Assembly (NCBI GenBank): GCA_017409215.1
Contig: JAFQTD010000029.1
Location: forward strand, 64,106 to 128,105
Source: Alphaproteobacteria bacterium
Lineage (GTDB): Bacteria; Pseudomonadota; Alphaproteobacteria; Rs-D84
Length of the DNA: 64,000 nucleotides
Direction of reading: 5' to 3'
Made by a program: the position numbers and the translations under genes. Below, in pieces: positions 52,552 through 62,164 of the stretch; position 1 is the first letter of the stretch; each line of letters opens with the position of its first letter. A model generated the notes under the pieces. It saw only the letters and a list, made by a program, of their open reading frames with translations, was not told where the DNA came from and did not search any database.

Positions 52552-53046
52552 TTATCTTTGATTTTGTGTGGCTTGTTCAAAAATCTTTTTGCGCAATGCC
52601 AATTGATGTTCAAAATCACGACGGCTGGCGTGATTTAAGTGAGATTTAAAGTCCTGTTCGTATCCGTCGAAAAGATACACCATATTTGGGTAAACTTGAA
52701 CGACAGGTTTGCCAGTGTATTTGTCCAGATATTCAATTATTGTTGTTGATAATTTTTCGCCCATTATTTCGCGAAACCTAGGATAATCGCGTGCCATTTC
52801 CGCAGCGGCAGGATTTGGAAATTGTTTGCAGCGTATCCAACCGCCGTCTGTTGACAATTGTTTTCCGTTTTCTGTTGCCAGCCCCAATGGGGTTTCTTGG
52901 CACATTACAAACAAGTGTGTTGGTGCAAAACTAGAAAAAACAACTGTATATGTGTTCTTTTTCTTTTTGCTGATGTGGTCCGCGGGTATTTTGTTGCGCA
53001 TCAAATCGGCAGTTTGCTTGTTTTTCTTTGTGTTAAATATATTCAT
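52552..53046 (-). CDS. hypothetical protein (164 aa)
   Basis: Intact ORF with its own terminator and a basic N-terminus. No motif recognised. Confidence 0.4.
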   Translation of the reverse strand: MNIFNTKKNKQTADLMRNKIPADHISKKKKNTYTVVFSSFAPTHLFVMCQETPLGLATENGKQLSTDGGWIRCKQFPNPAAAEMARDYPRFREIMGEKLSTTIIEYLDKYTGKPVVQVYPNMVYLFDGYEQDFKSHLNHASRRDFEHQLALRKKIFEQATQNQR

Positions 53047-53115
53047 AATAGTTGTCCTTTTGTAAGTTTTTGTTTACTATAATATTAGTACAAAAAAATC
53101 AAAAAGTCAACTATT

Positions 53116-55095
53116 TTATACGAATAAATCTTTAACAAATTGTGCGTGTTCGGTGATGAATTTGAATCTAAACTCTGGTTTCTTGCCCATCAGTTCGGAA
53201 ACAATTGTGCGTGTTTTTTCTGTATCTTCCGCGCCTTCTTCGGTGCGTGGGGGCAGGTCAACACGTATCAAGCGACGGGTCTTGGGGGACATTGTTGTTT
53301 CCTTTAATTGATTTGGCATCATTTCACCCAACCCTTTGAAACGTGATATTTCAACGCGTTTGTTTTTATATTTTGTTGTTTTTAGATTTTCAAGTTCTTC
53401 ATCTGTATCAACATAAATAGATTCTGTTCCACAGGTCAATTTATATAGTGGGGGACAAGATAAATACAAATGGCCACCATAAATTAACTGGGGCATATAT
53501 TGATAGAAAAATGCCATTAATAGTGATGCGATATGACTGCCGTCTACGTCGGCATCAGTCATAACGATGATTTTTTCATAACGTAATTTGTCTTCGTTCC
53601 AGTCCTTTGCGGTGCCAGCACCAATAATATCAATTAGGTCATTTAGTTCTTTGTTCGCACCAAAGCGTTCATCAGAATTAGATACGACGTTTAATACTTT
53701 GCCACGTAATGGCATAATCGCCTGGGTTGCGCGGTCACGCGCCTGTTTTGCAGTGCCACCCGCGGATTCCCCCTCTACAATAAATAATTCTGTGCCTGCA
53801 ATTCCATGCTTAGAACAGTCGGCAAGTTTTGCTGGCATACGGATGCGTTTGGTTGGTGTTTTGCGCGCAACGTCTTTGACTTGTTTGGTCTTGATGCGTG
53901 CATTGGCCAGATTGATTACAAAATCAAGTAATGCGTTTGCAGTTTTAGGGTCAGATGCCAAAAACATCTCCCATGGGTCGCGCAAGGCATTTTCTGTAAA
54001 ACGTGCGATTTCTGGGTTAGATAATTTTTCTTTGGTTTGTCCCAGAAATTGTGGTGTCTTGTAAAAAACAGATACAATGGCAGCAACAGAATCAAATACG
54101 TCTTCGCCAATTATTGTGGCGGCTGCTTTATTGTTTGTTTTTTCACCGTATGCTTTTATTCCCTTGGTAATTGCGGTCTTGAATCCGGTTTCGTGGGTAC
54201 CACCGTCAATTGTTGCAATTGTGTTGCAATAGGATGAAAAGAAACCATCGTCAGATGCCGCACCATTTTCGTCGGTTAAAAAAGTTAATGCCCATTCAAC
54301 GCGCCCACAGTCGTCAGGAAAATCAACGCAACCACTGAATATACGTGGCAAGATACGTGGCTTGTCATCTGTCTTTTCTGCCAAGAAATCTGCAATACCA
54401 TTTGGATAATAGAATGTGGTATTGTCTGGGATGTTCATATCTTCGGTTAATAATTCAGGATTACAATGCCAGTCAATTTTTACACCGCGGGATAAAAATG
54501 CCTTGGCGCGTGCCATACGATAAATTTTAATGGGTTTGAAAGTTGCAGATTCCCCAAATATTTCGTTGTCAATCGTAAATCTGATTTTTGTTCCATGTGC
54601 CTTGGTCGGCTCACCACGTTGCATAGGTGATGTGGTCTTGCCACGCGAAAATGTTTGATGCCAATTATAACCGTCACGTGAAATGTCAACAATCATCTCA
54701 GCAGATAGGGCGTTTACAACAGCAGAACCAACACCATGTAATCCGCCACTGGTCTTGTATACATTGTTGTTGAACTTTCCACCAGAATGAAGGGTGGTTA
54801 AAATAACCTCTAAGGCGGATTTTCCAGGGTATTTTGGATGCTCATCAACCGGAATACCACGACCGTCGTCGGTTATTTCAATCGTCTTGGAATCAATTAA
54901 ATTTACGGTTATCTTTTTGGCAAAGCCAGCGACGGCTTCGTCAATAGAATTGTCCATTATTTCAATTGGCAAATGATGCCATGCCTTTTCATCAGTGCCA
55001 CCAATGTACATCCCAGGACGTAGGCGTACAGGTTCCAGTCCTTCTAGTACTTGGATGTCAGATGCGTCGTATTTATGTGTGTTATTCTCTGTCAT
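53116..55095 (-). CDS. parE: DNA topoisomerase IV subunit B
   Basis: GHKL ATPase N-terminus (YDASDIQVLEGLEPVRLRPGMYIGG) and Toprim motifs (ELFIVEGESAGG, IIVMTDADVDGSHI). The 659-aa length fits ParE rather than GyrB. Confidence 0.8.
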   Translation of the reverse strand: MTENNTHKYDASDIQVLEGLEPVRLRPGMYIGGTDEKAWHHLPIEIMDNSIDEAVAGFAKKITVNLIDSKTIEITDDGRGIPVDEHPKYPGKSALEVILTTLHSGGKFNNNVYKTSGGLHGVGSAVVNALSAEMIVDISRDGYNWHQTFSRGKTTSPMQRGEPTKAHGTKIRFTIDNEIFGESATFKPIKIYRMARAKAFLSRGVKIDWHCNPELLTEDMNIPDNTTFYYPNGIADFLAEKTDDKPRILPRIFSGCVDFPDDCGRVEWALTFLTDENGAASDDGFFSSYCNTIATIDGGTHETGFKTAITKGIKAYGEKTNNKAAATIIGEDVFDSVAAIVSVFYKTPQFLGQTKEKLSNPEIARFTENALRDPWEMFLASDPKTANALLDFVINLANARIKTKQVKDVARKTPTKRIRMPAKLADCSKHGIAGTELFIVEGESAGGTAKQARDRATQAIMPLRGKVLNVVSNSDERFGANKELNDLIDIIGAGTAKDWNEDKLRYEKIIVMTDADVDGSHIASLLMAFFYQYMPQLIYGGHLYLSCPPLYKLTCGTESIYVDTDEELENLKTTKYKNKRVEISRFKGLGEMMPNQLKETTMSPKTRRLIRVDLPPRTEEGAEDTEKTRTIVSELMGKKPEFRFKFITEHAQFVKDLFV

Positions 55096-55228
55096 GATGT
55101 ATTATTATTATAACATTTTTAAAATTTAGGCAAGCCCAAAGAATATACCCCTAAATAATATTTTTGGGGTTGAATTTTTATAAATGACAACTATATATTG
55201 CTTAACAATAAAATACACGAGTGTAAAA

Positions 55229-56359
55229 ATGAGTAAAAATCCTTATGAAGTTCTGGGGGTCGCACGTGATGCGTCCGATGCAGATATAAAAAAAGCATAT
55301 CATAAATTAGTGATGAAGTATCATCCAGATAGAAATCCTGATGATAAAAGCGCAGAAGAGAAATTTAAGGAAGTTAATAATGCGTTTGATATCTTAAAGG
55401 ACCCACAAAAACGTGCCGCTTATGACAGGTTTGGTGATGCCGCATTTGCAGGTGGAAATGCATCTGGGGCAGGATTTGGTGGCAATCCGTTCGGAAATGG
55501 CGGTTTCCATTTCAATATGGGCGGTGGTGCAGGTATGGAAGATATATTGCGCGAGGCGATGCGTGGATTTGGTTTCGGTGATTTTGGTGCGGATACTGCA
55601 CATCGTGCATCTGCGCAACGTGGTGGGCGCGATTTGTTGGATGAAGTCGTAATAGATTTAAAAGATGCATACTTTGGTAAAACACATACTGTGAAATTTT
55701 CAAGTAATGTGCAATGTGAAAAATGTCATGGAAATGGTACAAGTGATGGAAAGCCGGCGCCAGTATGTACACGTTGTGGGGGCAGTGGATTTGTTCAGAC
55801 CAGACAAGGATTCTTTGCGATGGAAACCCCATGTCCAGAATGTGGGGGGCTGGGGCATAAAATTTCTAAGAAGTGTTCTGAATGTGATGGTACAGGAACT
55901 GTTCATAAGCAACGTACACTGGAAGTAAAAATACCAGCAGGTGTCGAAGATGGTACGCGTCTTCGTTTGCCGGGTCAGGGCGAGGCGGGTATCAACGGTG
56001 GGCCTGCGGGTGATTTCTATTTGGATATTCGTGTTCGGCCGGATAAACGTTTTGTACGAAATGCAAATGATTTAATTATGCGCGTAGAGATTCCGTTTAC
56101 TACCCTTGCGTTGGGTGGCGAAATAGAAGTGGAAACGATTGACGAAAAGAAATTAGCGGTCAAGGTGCCAGCAGGAACCCAGGTTGGTGAAAAATTACGT
56201 GTGCGTGGACATGGTATGCCATCTGCGCGCAGAAGTGGAACGTTTGGTGATTTATATATTGATGTTGCAATTAATATTCCAACAAGGTTGAATGATAAGC
56301 AAAAGAAGTTGCTGAATGAATTCGCAGAATTAAAATCTGATAAGAAAAGTTGGTTTTAA
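55229..56359 (+). CDS. dnaJ: molecular chaperone DnaJ
   Basis: J-domain (YEVLGV...KKAYHKLVMKYHPDRN), a G/F region, and four CxxCxGxG zinc motifs. ATG at 55229. Confidence 0.95.
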   Translation: MSKNPYEVLGVARDASDADIKKAYHKLVMKYHPDRNPDDKSAEEKFKEVNNAFDILKDPQKRAAYDRFGDAAFAGGNASGAGFGGNPFGNGGFHFNMGGGAGMEDILREAMRGFGFGDFGADTAHRASAQRGGRDLLDEVVIDLKDAYFGKTHTVKFSSNVQCEKCHGNGTSDGKPAPVCTRCGGSGFVQTRQGFFAMETPCPECGGLGHKISKKCSECDGTGTVHKQRTLEVKIPAGVEDGTRLRLPGQGEAGINGGPAGDFYLDIRVRPDKRFVRNANDLIMRVEIPFTTLALGGEIEVETIDEKKLAVKVPAGTQVGEKLRVRGHGMPSARRSGTFGDLYIDVAINIPTRLNDKQKKLLNEFAELKSDKKSWF

Positions 56360-56370
56360 ACAAAAACAAT

Positions 56371-56393
56371 AAAACCGCCAAATTGGCGGTTTT
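56371..56393. terminator. bidirectional terminator between dnaJ and pgsA
   Basis: AAAACCGCCA-AAT-TGGCGGTTTT. Confidence 0.8.
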
Positions 56394-56412
56394 ATGCGTA
56401 TACATAAATTTT

Positions 56413-57012
56413 CTACTTTATATTTCTTAGGTGGCCGGCAAATGTAATTGTATATTGTGTTGCTGACCATATTGATGCAACAAGCGACAGCCATAATCCC
56501 CATATTCCAATTGTTGGTATTACAGACAGCAGTGCCAAGAACAGGCGACTGTCAGACTCGGGGGTTATTGTGGTGCCAATTGCAAATAATAAAAAGAATG
56601 CCGCAATTGATACCATTTGCAGGGTTGTCTTTATTTTTCCCATTGAAAAGCGTGCTTTTGGAACAGGCATTTCTATCTTTTGTGTTCCCAGAAATTCGCG
56701 CAGACCAGATATGTATAATTCGCGTGCAATCATCACGATGACCGGGGTAATTATAAACCAAACTGGCATCATTATGGCAAGCATAATTAAAGAGTTTACA
56801 ACCAGTAATTTATCGCCAATATGGTCCATAACACCGCCAAGCTTGGAACAGACGTTGTATTTGCGCGCCAGATATCCGTCAAACCAATCTGATACAGCGC
56901 CAAGTGCATATAATGCAAATGTCAGCCAGTATAGTTGAAAAAATAGTGTTGGTATTATTGCAAAGGCCGTAAAAATTCGGAATGCAGACAGAAAATTAAC
57001 AAAAAATTTCAT
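56413..57012 (-). CDS. pgsA: CDP-diacylglycerol--glycerol-3-phosphate 3-phosphatidyltransferase
   Basis: CDP-alcohol phosphatidyltransferase motif DWFDGYLARK...GGVMDHIGDKLL in a 199-aa membrane protein. Confidence 0.8.
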   Translation of the reverse strand: MKFFVNFLSAFRIFTAFAIIPTLFFQLYWLTFALYALGAVSDWFDGYLARKYNVCSKLGGVMDHIGDKLLVVNSLIMLAIMMPVWFIITPVIVMIARELYISGLREFLGTQKIEMPVPKARFSMGKIKTTLQMVSIAAFFLLFAIGTTITPESDSRLFLALLSVIPTIGIWGLWLSLVASIWSATQYTITFAGHLRNIK

Positions 57013-57039
57013 TTTTTCTCCTTTTTTATTATAGGTGTA

Positions 57040-58467
57040 TTATACCACTTGTTGATGAAAATATGCATAAATTTTTTTTGCGTTTGTTTTCCCAAGTTCT
57101 GGTACGTGTAAAAGTGCGTTTAGATCTGCGTCCATAATTGCCCGAATAGAACCAAAATGTTGCATCAGGGCGCGTTTTCTGGCGGGGCCAATTCCTTCGA
57201 TTTCATCCAGAACAGATGCGGTCATTTGTTTTGCGCGAACGGCGCGGTGATATGTTATTACGAAACGATGGGCTTCGTCACGAACTGCGCGTAATAATAG
57301 AAAAAGTGGGCTGTCCTTGGGCAGGTTATGTGATATGCTGCCATCTGGCAGGATGAAATGTTCGTCACCATCACGTACTTCGCCCTTGGTCACGCCAAGA
57401 ATCGGAATGTTCGGGGCGGCACGTTTAGCGATTCGCCATTGTGCGATTCCACCGTCGACAATAATTAAATCAAGTGTTGGACCGCGCTCGGTCGCGCGTT
57501 TGACAAATTCGGACATCATTGCAATATCGTTGCCTGCGCGTGATTTGTCTTGTAATTTGAAGTGCCTGTATCCAGATTTTTCAAATCCGTTATGCCCAAA
57601 TGTTATCATTGCGCCGACAGGTTGTTTCCCGAATAAGTGTGAATTGTCAAAAACACCAGCAAGGGTGATTTTTGTTCCAATCCAGTTTTCAAGTTCTGTG
57701 ACGTTTTTGTTCCAGTCTAAATTTTGTGTATACGGTGATTTCTGGCGTATACCGCGATTTGATGTTTGTGTTAATGCGATGATTTTATCGCGTGTTGCAG
57801 CGGCGGATTCAAAGTCCATTTTTGCAGATTGTTCTTGCATTTGTTTTGTTAGGTCGCTGATGATTAATTCGCTGTTTCCGGTTAAAATCTTTCGCGCTAT
57901 ACGCACGTTTTCTGCGTATTTTTCTGTGTCTGGTTTGCAACATGGTGCGCTGCAACGTCCGATTTGATACAGCAGACAGGGGCGCGTTCGGTTGCGCATT
58001 TGTGTGTCTGTACAGGTTCTGATTTGGCAAACTTTTTGTATTGTTTTTATTGTGTCATTTAGTGCAGTAACAGACGGATAGGGGCCGAATATGTCGCGAC
58101 GTTGGGACAGCTTTCCCCTGAACTTTAACAGGCGTGGAAAGTCGCCCGCGGTTAGGGCAAGCATAGGGTACATCTTGCCATCTGTTAGCATTATGTTGTA
58201 TTTTGGTTTTTGGGTTTTTATTAGCTCTTGTTCGCGAATCAGTGCATCTGATTCGGTTGGAACTGTTTCCCATTCAATGTGATGAACCAATGTCCGCATT
58301 ACTTGTTTGTGTGGTTCTAGTTTCGTAATGTCAAGGTATTGTTTTAGTCGATTTGATAAGTTTTTTGCCTTGCCGACGTAAAGCAGATTGTTATCAATGT
58401 CGTACATCTTGTATACCCCAGGCGCGTGGGGTGCGTTTTCAATTAAATCAGAGAATTGAATATTCAT
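57040..58467 (-). CDS. uvrC: excinuclease ABC subunit C (compact, about 475 aa)
   Basis: GIY-YIG (GVYKMYD...LLYVGKAKNLSNRLKQY), UVR motif (FESAAATRDKIIAL), endonuclease V-like domain (FDNSH, IIVDGG, DEAHRF) and a C-terminal HhH (IEGIGPARKRAL). Confidence 0.8.
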   Translation of the reverse strand: MNIQFSDLIENAPHAPGVYKMYDIDNNLLYVGKAKNLSNRLKQYLDITKLEPHKQVMRTLVHHIEWETVPTESDALIREQELIKTQKPKYNIMLTDGKMYPMLALTAGDFPRLLKFRGKLSQRRDIFGPYPSVTALNDTIKTIQKVCQIRTCTDTQMRNRTRPCLLYQIGRCSAPCCKPDTEKYAENVRIARKILTGNSELIISDLTKQMQEQSAKMDFESAAATRDKIIALTQTSNRGIRQKSPYTQNLDWNKNVTELENWIGTKITLAGVFDNSHLFGKQPVGAMITFGHNGFEKSGYRHFKLQDKSRAGNDIAMMSEFVKRATERGPTLDLIIVDGGIAQWRIAKRAAPNIPILGVTKGEVRDGDEHFILPDGSISHNLPKDSPLFLLLRAVRDEAHRFVITYHRAVRAKQMTASVLDEIEGIGPARKRALMQHFGSIRAIMDADLNALLHVPELGKTNAKKIYAYFHQQVV

Positions 58468-58518
58468 AATAAATATGTTAGAATAATAATTATTAAATAG
58501 CAAACTAAGAGGTGAAAT

Positions 58519-58983
58519 ATGTTTCAGGAATCTGGTCGTTCAATGATTGAAATGCTGGGCGTCTTGGCAATTATGGGGGTTATCACAGTTGGGGCAATTG
58601 GTATGATTTCAACGGCTATGCGTACTCAAAAGCTGACTATGGTTAATGATCAAGTTGTTCAGATGGTGACAATGGTGCGTAATTTACATGCCGAGTATGA
58701 TGATTTTTCTAGTATGAATGGGGCGACTGTTTTTGGCGCGATTTCAATGAGCAATCAAAATCCATATGGTGGAACATACGAATTAAGTCCAGATCAATCT
58801 AATCCGCGTCAATTTATTGTTAAGATTAATGGACTGGGACAGTCTGAATGCGATGCGCTGATGGCAAAGGCATGGACCGATTCGATTGGATATCAACTGT
58901 CTGATGGAAAGCAAGGGGGCGCAACGGGTAGTTGCAAGGGTGCAAATGGTACAAACTATGTGCAGATAACTTATGGCGAATAA
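58519..58983 (+). CDS. type IV pilin-like / pseudopilin protein
   Basis: The N-terminus is MFQESG-RSMIEMLGVLAIMGVITVGAIG. It has a short leader ending in Gly, Glu at +5, and a hydrophobic alpha-1 helix. The C-terminal part has two Cys (C110 and C139 of the precursor). Confidence 0.6.
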   Translation: MFQESGRSMIEMLGVLAIMGVITVGAIGMISTAMRTQKLTMVNDQVVQMVTMVRNLHAEYDDFSSMNGATVFGAISMSNQNPYGGTYELSPDQSNPRQFIVKINGLGQSECDALMAKAWTDSIGYQLSDGKQGGATGSCKGANGTNYVQITYGE

Positions 58984-59004
58984 TAAATAGGTATAGTTGC
59001 GTTT

Positions 59005-59976
59005 ATGGCTGATTTTACAACGGTTTCAAAAACAGAAGAAGGAACGCGCTTGTTGCGCTGGTTCTTGCGCCATTATCCCGCGATGCCGCAACGTGAATTT
59101 TACAGGCTGTGTCGTGGTGGCCAGATACGTGTTAATTCAAAACGTGTGCGTGGACAGGAAATTTTGCGGGCAGGTGATGCGGTTCGTGTGCCACCTACGG
59201 TTGCAGGTTATGCAACTGAAAAACCAAAAAGGTCCGAAGGTGGTGATGCATTTTCCTTGTCTGATTTGGAAATGTTAAGAAAATGTATTGTTCATAATGA
59301 TGATGATATTGTTGTCTTTAACAAGCCTGCGGGGTTAGCGGTTCAGGGTGGAACAGGTATCAGAAAATCTGTTGATAAAATGGCAGCAGCACTGTTTCCA
59401 TACGATAAAATTTCACTGGTGCATCGGTTGGACAGGGAAACAAGTGGCTTGTTAGTTGTGGCGAAAAATCATCGGGCGGCACAATCTTTGGCGGGACAAT
59501 TCCAAACAAAAAATGCACACAAGGAATATTTGGCATTGTTATGTGGTGACGTTAGTCCTAAATATGGCACAATCGATAATTATATGATAAAGGGTCAGGT
59601 TTTTGACACTGATACACGATTGAATAATGGAACAGGACCACGTCCACAACGGGCAATTACAGAATACAAGGTTTTGTCAAATGCCGCAGGGTGTGTGTCT
59701 TGGGTTAATTTTTCGCCAAAAACAGGACGTACGCATCAGCTGAGATTACACAGTGCGTTGACACTGGGGGCGCCAATAGTTGGTGATGCGTTGTATGGTG
59801 GCAACAGAAAGATTAATGATTCGTTAGCGGCCGTATTAAAGACGAATAATTTGTTTTTGTTTGCGTATAAGTTGACGTTTCAGCATCCGTCAACAGGTCG
59901 TATGATTACACTGCGGGCAAATGTACCTGATTTTATGTTGCCAGTTATAAAGTTCTTGGAATTAAAAATGCCATGA
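59005..59976 (+). CDS. RluA-family 23S rRNA pseudouridine synthase (RluC-like, with S4 domain)
   Basis: S4-like N-terminus and the catalytic motif HRLDRETSGLLVVAKN. TGRTHQLRLH is present. Confidence 0.8.
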   Translation: MADFTTVSKTEEGTRLLRWFLRHYPAMPQREFYRLCRGGQIRVNSKRVRGQEILRAGDAVRVPPTVAGYATEKPKRSEGGDAFSLSDLEMLRKCIVHNDDDIVVFNKPAGLAVQGGTGIRKSVDKMAAALFPYDKISLVHRLDRETSGLLVVAKNHRAAQSLAGQFQTKNAHKEYLALLCGDVSPKYGTIDNYMIKGQVFDTDTRLNNGTGPRPQRAITEYKVLSNAAGCVSWVNFSPKTGRTHQLRLHSALTLGAPIVGDALYGGNRKINDSLAAVLKTNNLFLFAYKLTFQHPSTGRMITLRANVPDFMLPVIKFLELKMP

Positions 59977-62054
59977 AAAAAAGAAAAAGTAAATTTTTAG
60001 CAGTTCTGAGGATTCTTGGCTTGTTTGTCGTTGGGTTGGTTGTAGCAGTGGCGGTGACATTAAGTCGGATTGATTTAGAAAGTATTAGAAAGAGTGTTTT
60101 ATCTGTTATGACAGATACTGTTGGCGCACCTGTTTTGTTGGATGGTGCCGTGTCATGGCGTTTTTCGTTGAGACCACATATTGAATTGAATGAAGTTAAA
60201 GTTGCAAATCCAGAATGGGCGAAAAGTAAGTATGCTTTTACTGCAAAAAAAGTAGATGTTAGGTTGAATTTGATATCTTTGTTTCGTGACAGACCGACAA
60301 TTCAAAACATAAGGGTTTATGATGCAACGATAAATATAGAACAAAAAGAGGACGGAAGTTATTCTTTGCCAAAATTGGCAAGTAATAAAACAGGGACTGA
60401 AAAAAATAATGTTTCGGAACAACCAAAATTCCCTTTCCGAGATGCAGAGTTTGGGGGGCTGCAAATTAAAAATTTGACGGCTAATGTTTTGGGAAATGTG
60501 TATTCGTTGGCAGGATTTAATATTCGAAAAATCCACAGAGATAATGTGCGTGAATATTCTGGTTGGATTAAGGCTGATGTGGATGTGTTGCCTTTTGTTT
60601 TGGTGTTTTCGGAATATAATGCGGAACGAAAAATTTATCCTGTCCAGGTCGCATTGGCGACGGGTGGCGATGCGTTGATTGCAAATGTTGCGCTGGAAGG
60701 AAAAAGTAAGTTGCCAATTGATTTTATCTTGAAAGGGGATTTGCCAGAACCAGAAATGTTGGGAAAGATTTTTGGTATGGATTTGACGGATATGCCTGTG
60801 GTGAATATAAATGTTGCGGGTGGTTTTGATAGAAATAAAATATCTATCAGAAAATCGACATTGCGTGTAAATGATACAAAAATAGATGTTGTGGCAAGTT
60901 ATGATTGGGGTAAAAAAATACCTGATATTTATCTGGATGTCAGGGGTGGTGTGATTGACTTGCAGCGCTTGTTTCCGAAATGGTATGTGAAAAAACGAAA
61001 TAAGAAAAAAGATGATTTAAATGTGTTTCATCATATACCTTTGTTTGGGACATTGTTTTATGATAAAAGTGTAGAATTGCATATTGATTTAGATAGGCTG
61101 GTTATGTACAGGGATTTTAGCCTTGGAAATTTGGATCTGTCTGTAAAGTTGAAAGATAATCGTCTGCGTGCGGATATTGATGGATTAATTGCAGGGGGTG
61201 TTGTTGATTTGGCATTAAATGCTGATTTAGATAAGGATGGGCGCTATTGGTTGAATACAGGAATGAATGCACGTGGGGTGCAGGTTGGTAATATACTTGC
61301 TGAAATCGGTGCAGATAATTTGTTGTCTGATTTGCCAACAAATGTCGAGCTTTATGTCCAAGCAAATGGTACAAATTTATCTGAAATAATGCAGACTATA
61401 ACAGGGCCGGTCAAGGTGTATTCGGTTGGACCTGGGTATGCGTATGCAGATGTTGTGGCGTATATGTATGGTACGGATTTCTTGACCAGTCTGCGCCATA
61501 ATATTCAGGATTTGTTTAGTAGTGAAAAAAAATATAATCAGATGGAGGTTTCTTGTTTCGCGGTAAATGCCATTTTGCGTAATGGACGCGTTGAGACACA
61601 AAACGGTGTCGCAATTGAAACAAATGCGATTAATATAAGGTTGCTGGGTATGTTGGATTTAGGACAAGAAAAAATGCAATTGTCTTTGACGACGGTGCCG
61701 GTTCGTGGGCTAAAGTTGTCATTGACTGGTAATATCGTAAATTCAATTGAATTAACAGGTAAATTGGCCATGCCTGATATAAAAATAAGTGGGGCAGCAG
61801 TTGCAGGAAAAGTTGCGTCTGCAACAGGATTAGGGTTGCTGTTGGCGCCGTTTACTGGTGGTATTGGGCTGGTTGCTGGAACAGGGGTCGGATTGTTGGC
61901 GGGGGACTTGTTGGAAAATTGGCTGGCAGATGATAAACCATGTCAAACCGCAAAAAAACGCGGGGCGCCATTGTATGATGATGACCCAGAATGGTTGCAA
62001 ATTCCTGTGTCAGATTTGATAAATTCTGTATTAGATAATAATCAAACAGTGTGA
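59973..62054 (+). CDS. AsmA family protein
   Basis: N-terminal TM anchor (FLAVLRILGLFVVGLVVAVAV) and a long beta-rich periplasmic region. There is an ATGA overlap with the upstream gene. Confidence 0.6.
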   Translation: MKKRKSKFLAVLRILGLFVVGLVVAVAVTLSRIDLESIRKSVLSVMTDTVGAPVLLDGAVSWRFSLRPHIELNEVKVANPEWAKSKYAFTAKKVDVRLNLISLFRDRPTIQNIRVYDATINIEQKEDGSYSLPKLASNKTGTEKNNVSEQPKFPFRDAEFGGLQIKNLTANVLGNVYSLAGFNIRKIHRDNVREYSGWIKADVDVLPFVLVFSEYNAERKIYPVQVALATGGDALIANVALEGKSKLPIDFILKGDLPEPEMLGKIFGMDLTDMPVVNINVAGGFDRNKISIRKSTLRVNDTKIDVVASYDWGKKIPDIYLDVRGGVIDLQRLFPKWYVKKRNKKKDDLNVFHHIPLFGTLFYDKSVELHIDLDRLVMYRDFSLGNLDLSVKLKDNRLRADIDGLIAGGVVDLALNADLDKDGRYWLNTGMNARGVQVGNILAEIGADNLLSDLPTNVELYVQANGTNLSEIMQTITGPVKVYSVGPGYAYADVVAYMYGTDFLTSLRHNIQDLFSSEKKYNQMEVSCFAVNAILRNGRVETQNGVAIETNAINIRLLGMLDLGQEKMQLSLTTVPVRGLKLSLTGNIVNSIELTGKLAMPDIKISGAAVAGKVASATGLGLLLAPFTGGIGLVAGTGVGLLAGDLLENWLADDKPCQTAKKRGAPLYDDDPEWLQIPVSDLINSVLDNNQTV

Positions 62055-62164
62055 TTTTATGTTTGGGATGCTTTTGGTCTTGCACCGAATCGGTGTTTTT
62101 TGCTAAACTGGTATCAACAGGGTGTAGGAAACACACGTAAGTATAAGGAAACAGGAGTTTTATT

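Noticed and set aside
51515-53115. A search for an att-type direct repeat of the tRNA-Pro 3-prime end, and for an integrase, to define a genomic island.
   Set aside because: No copy of GGGTTCGAATCCCGTCACTCCG or a substantial part of it occurs in the islet or before parE, and no integrase or transposase ORF is present. Only the compositional anomaly is reported.
57317-57967. 216-aa plus-strand ORF overlapping uvrC.
   Set aside because: It is a shadow ORF antisense to uvrC, with no motifs.
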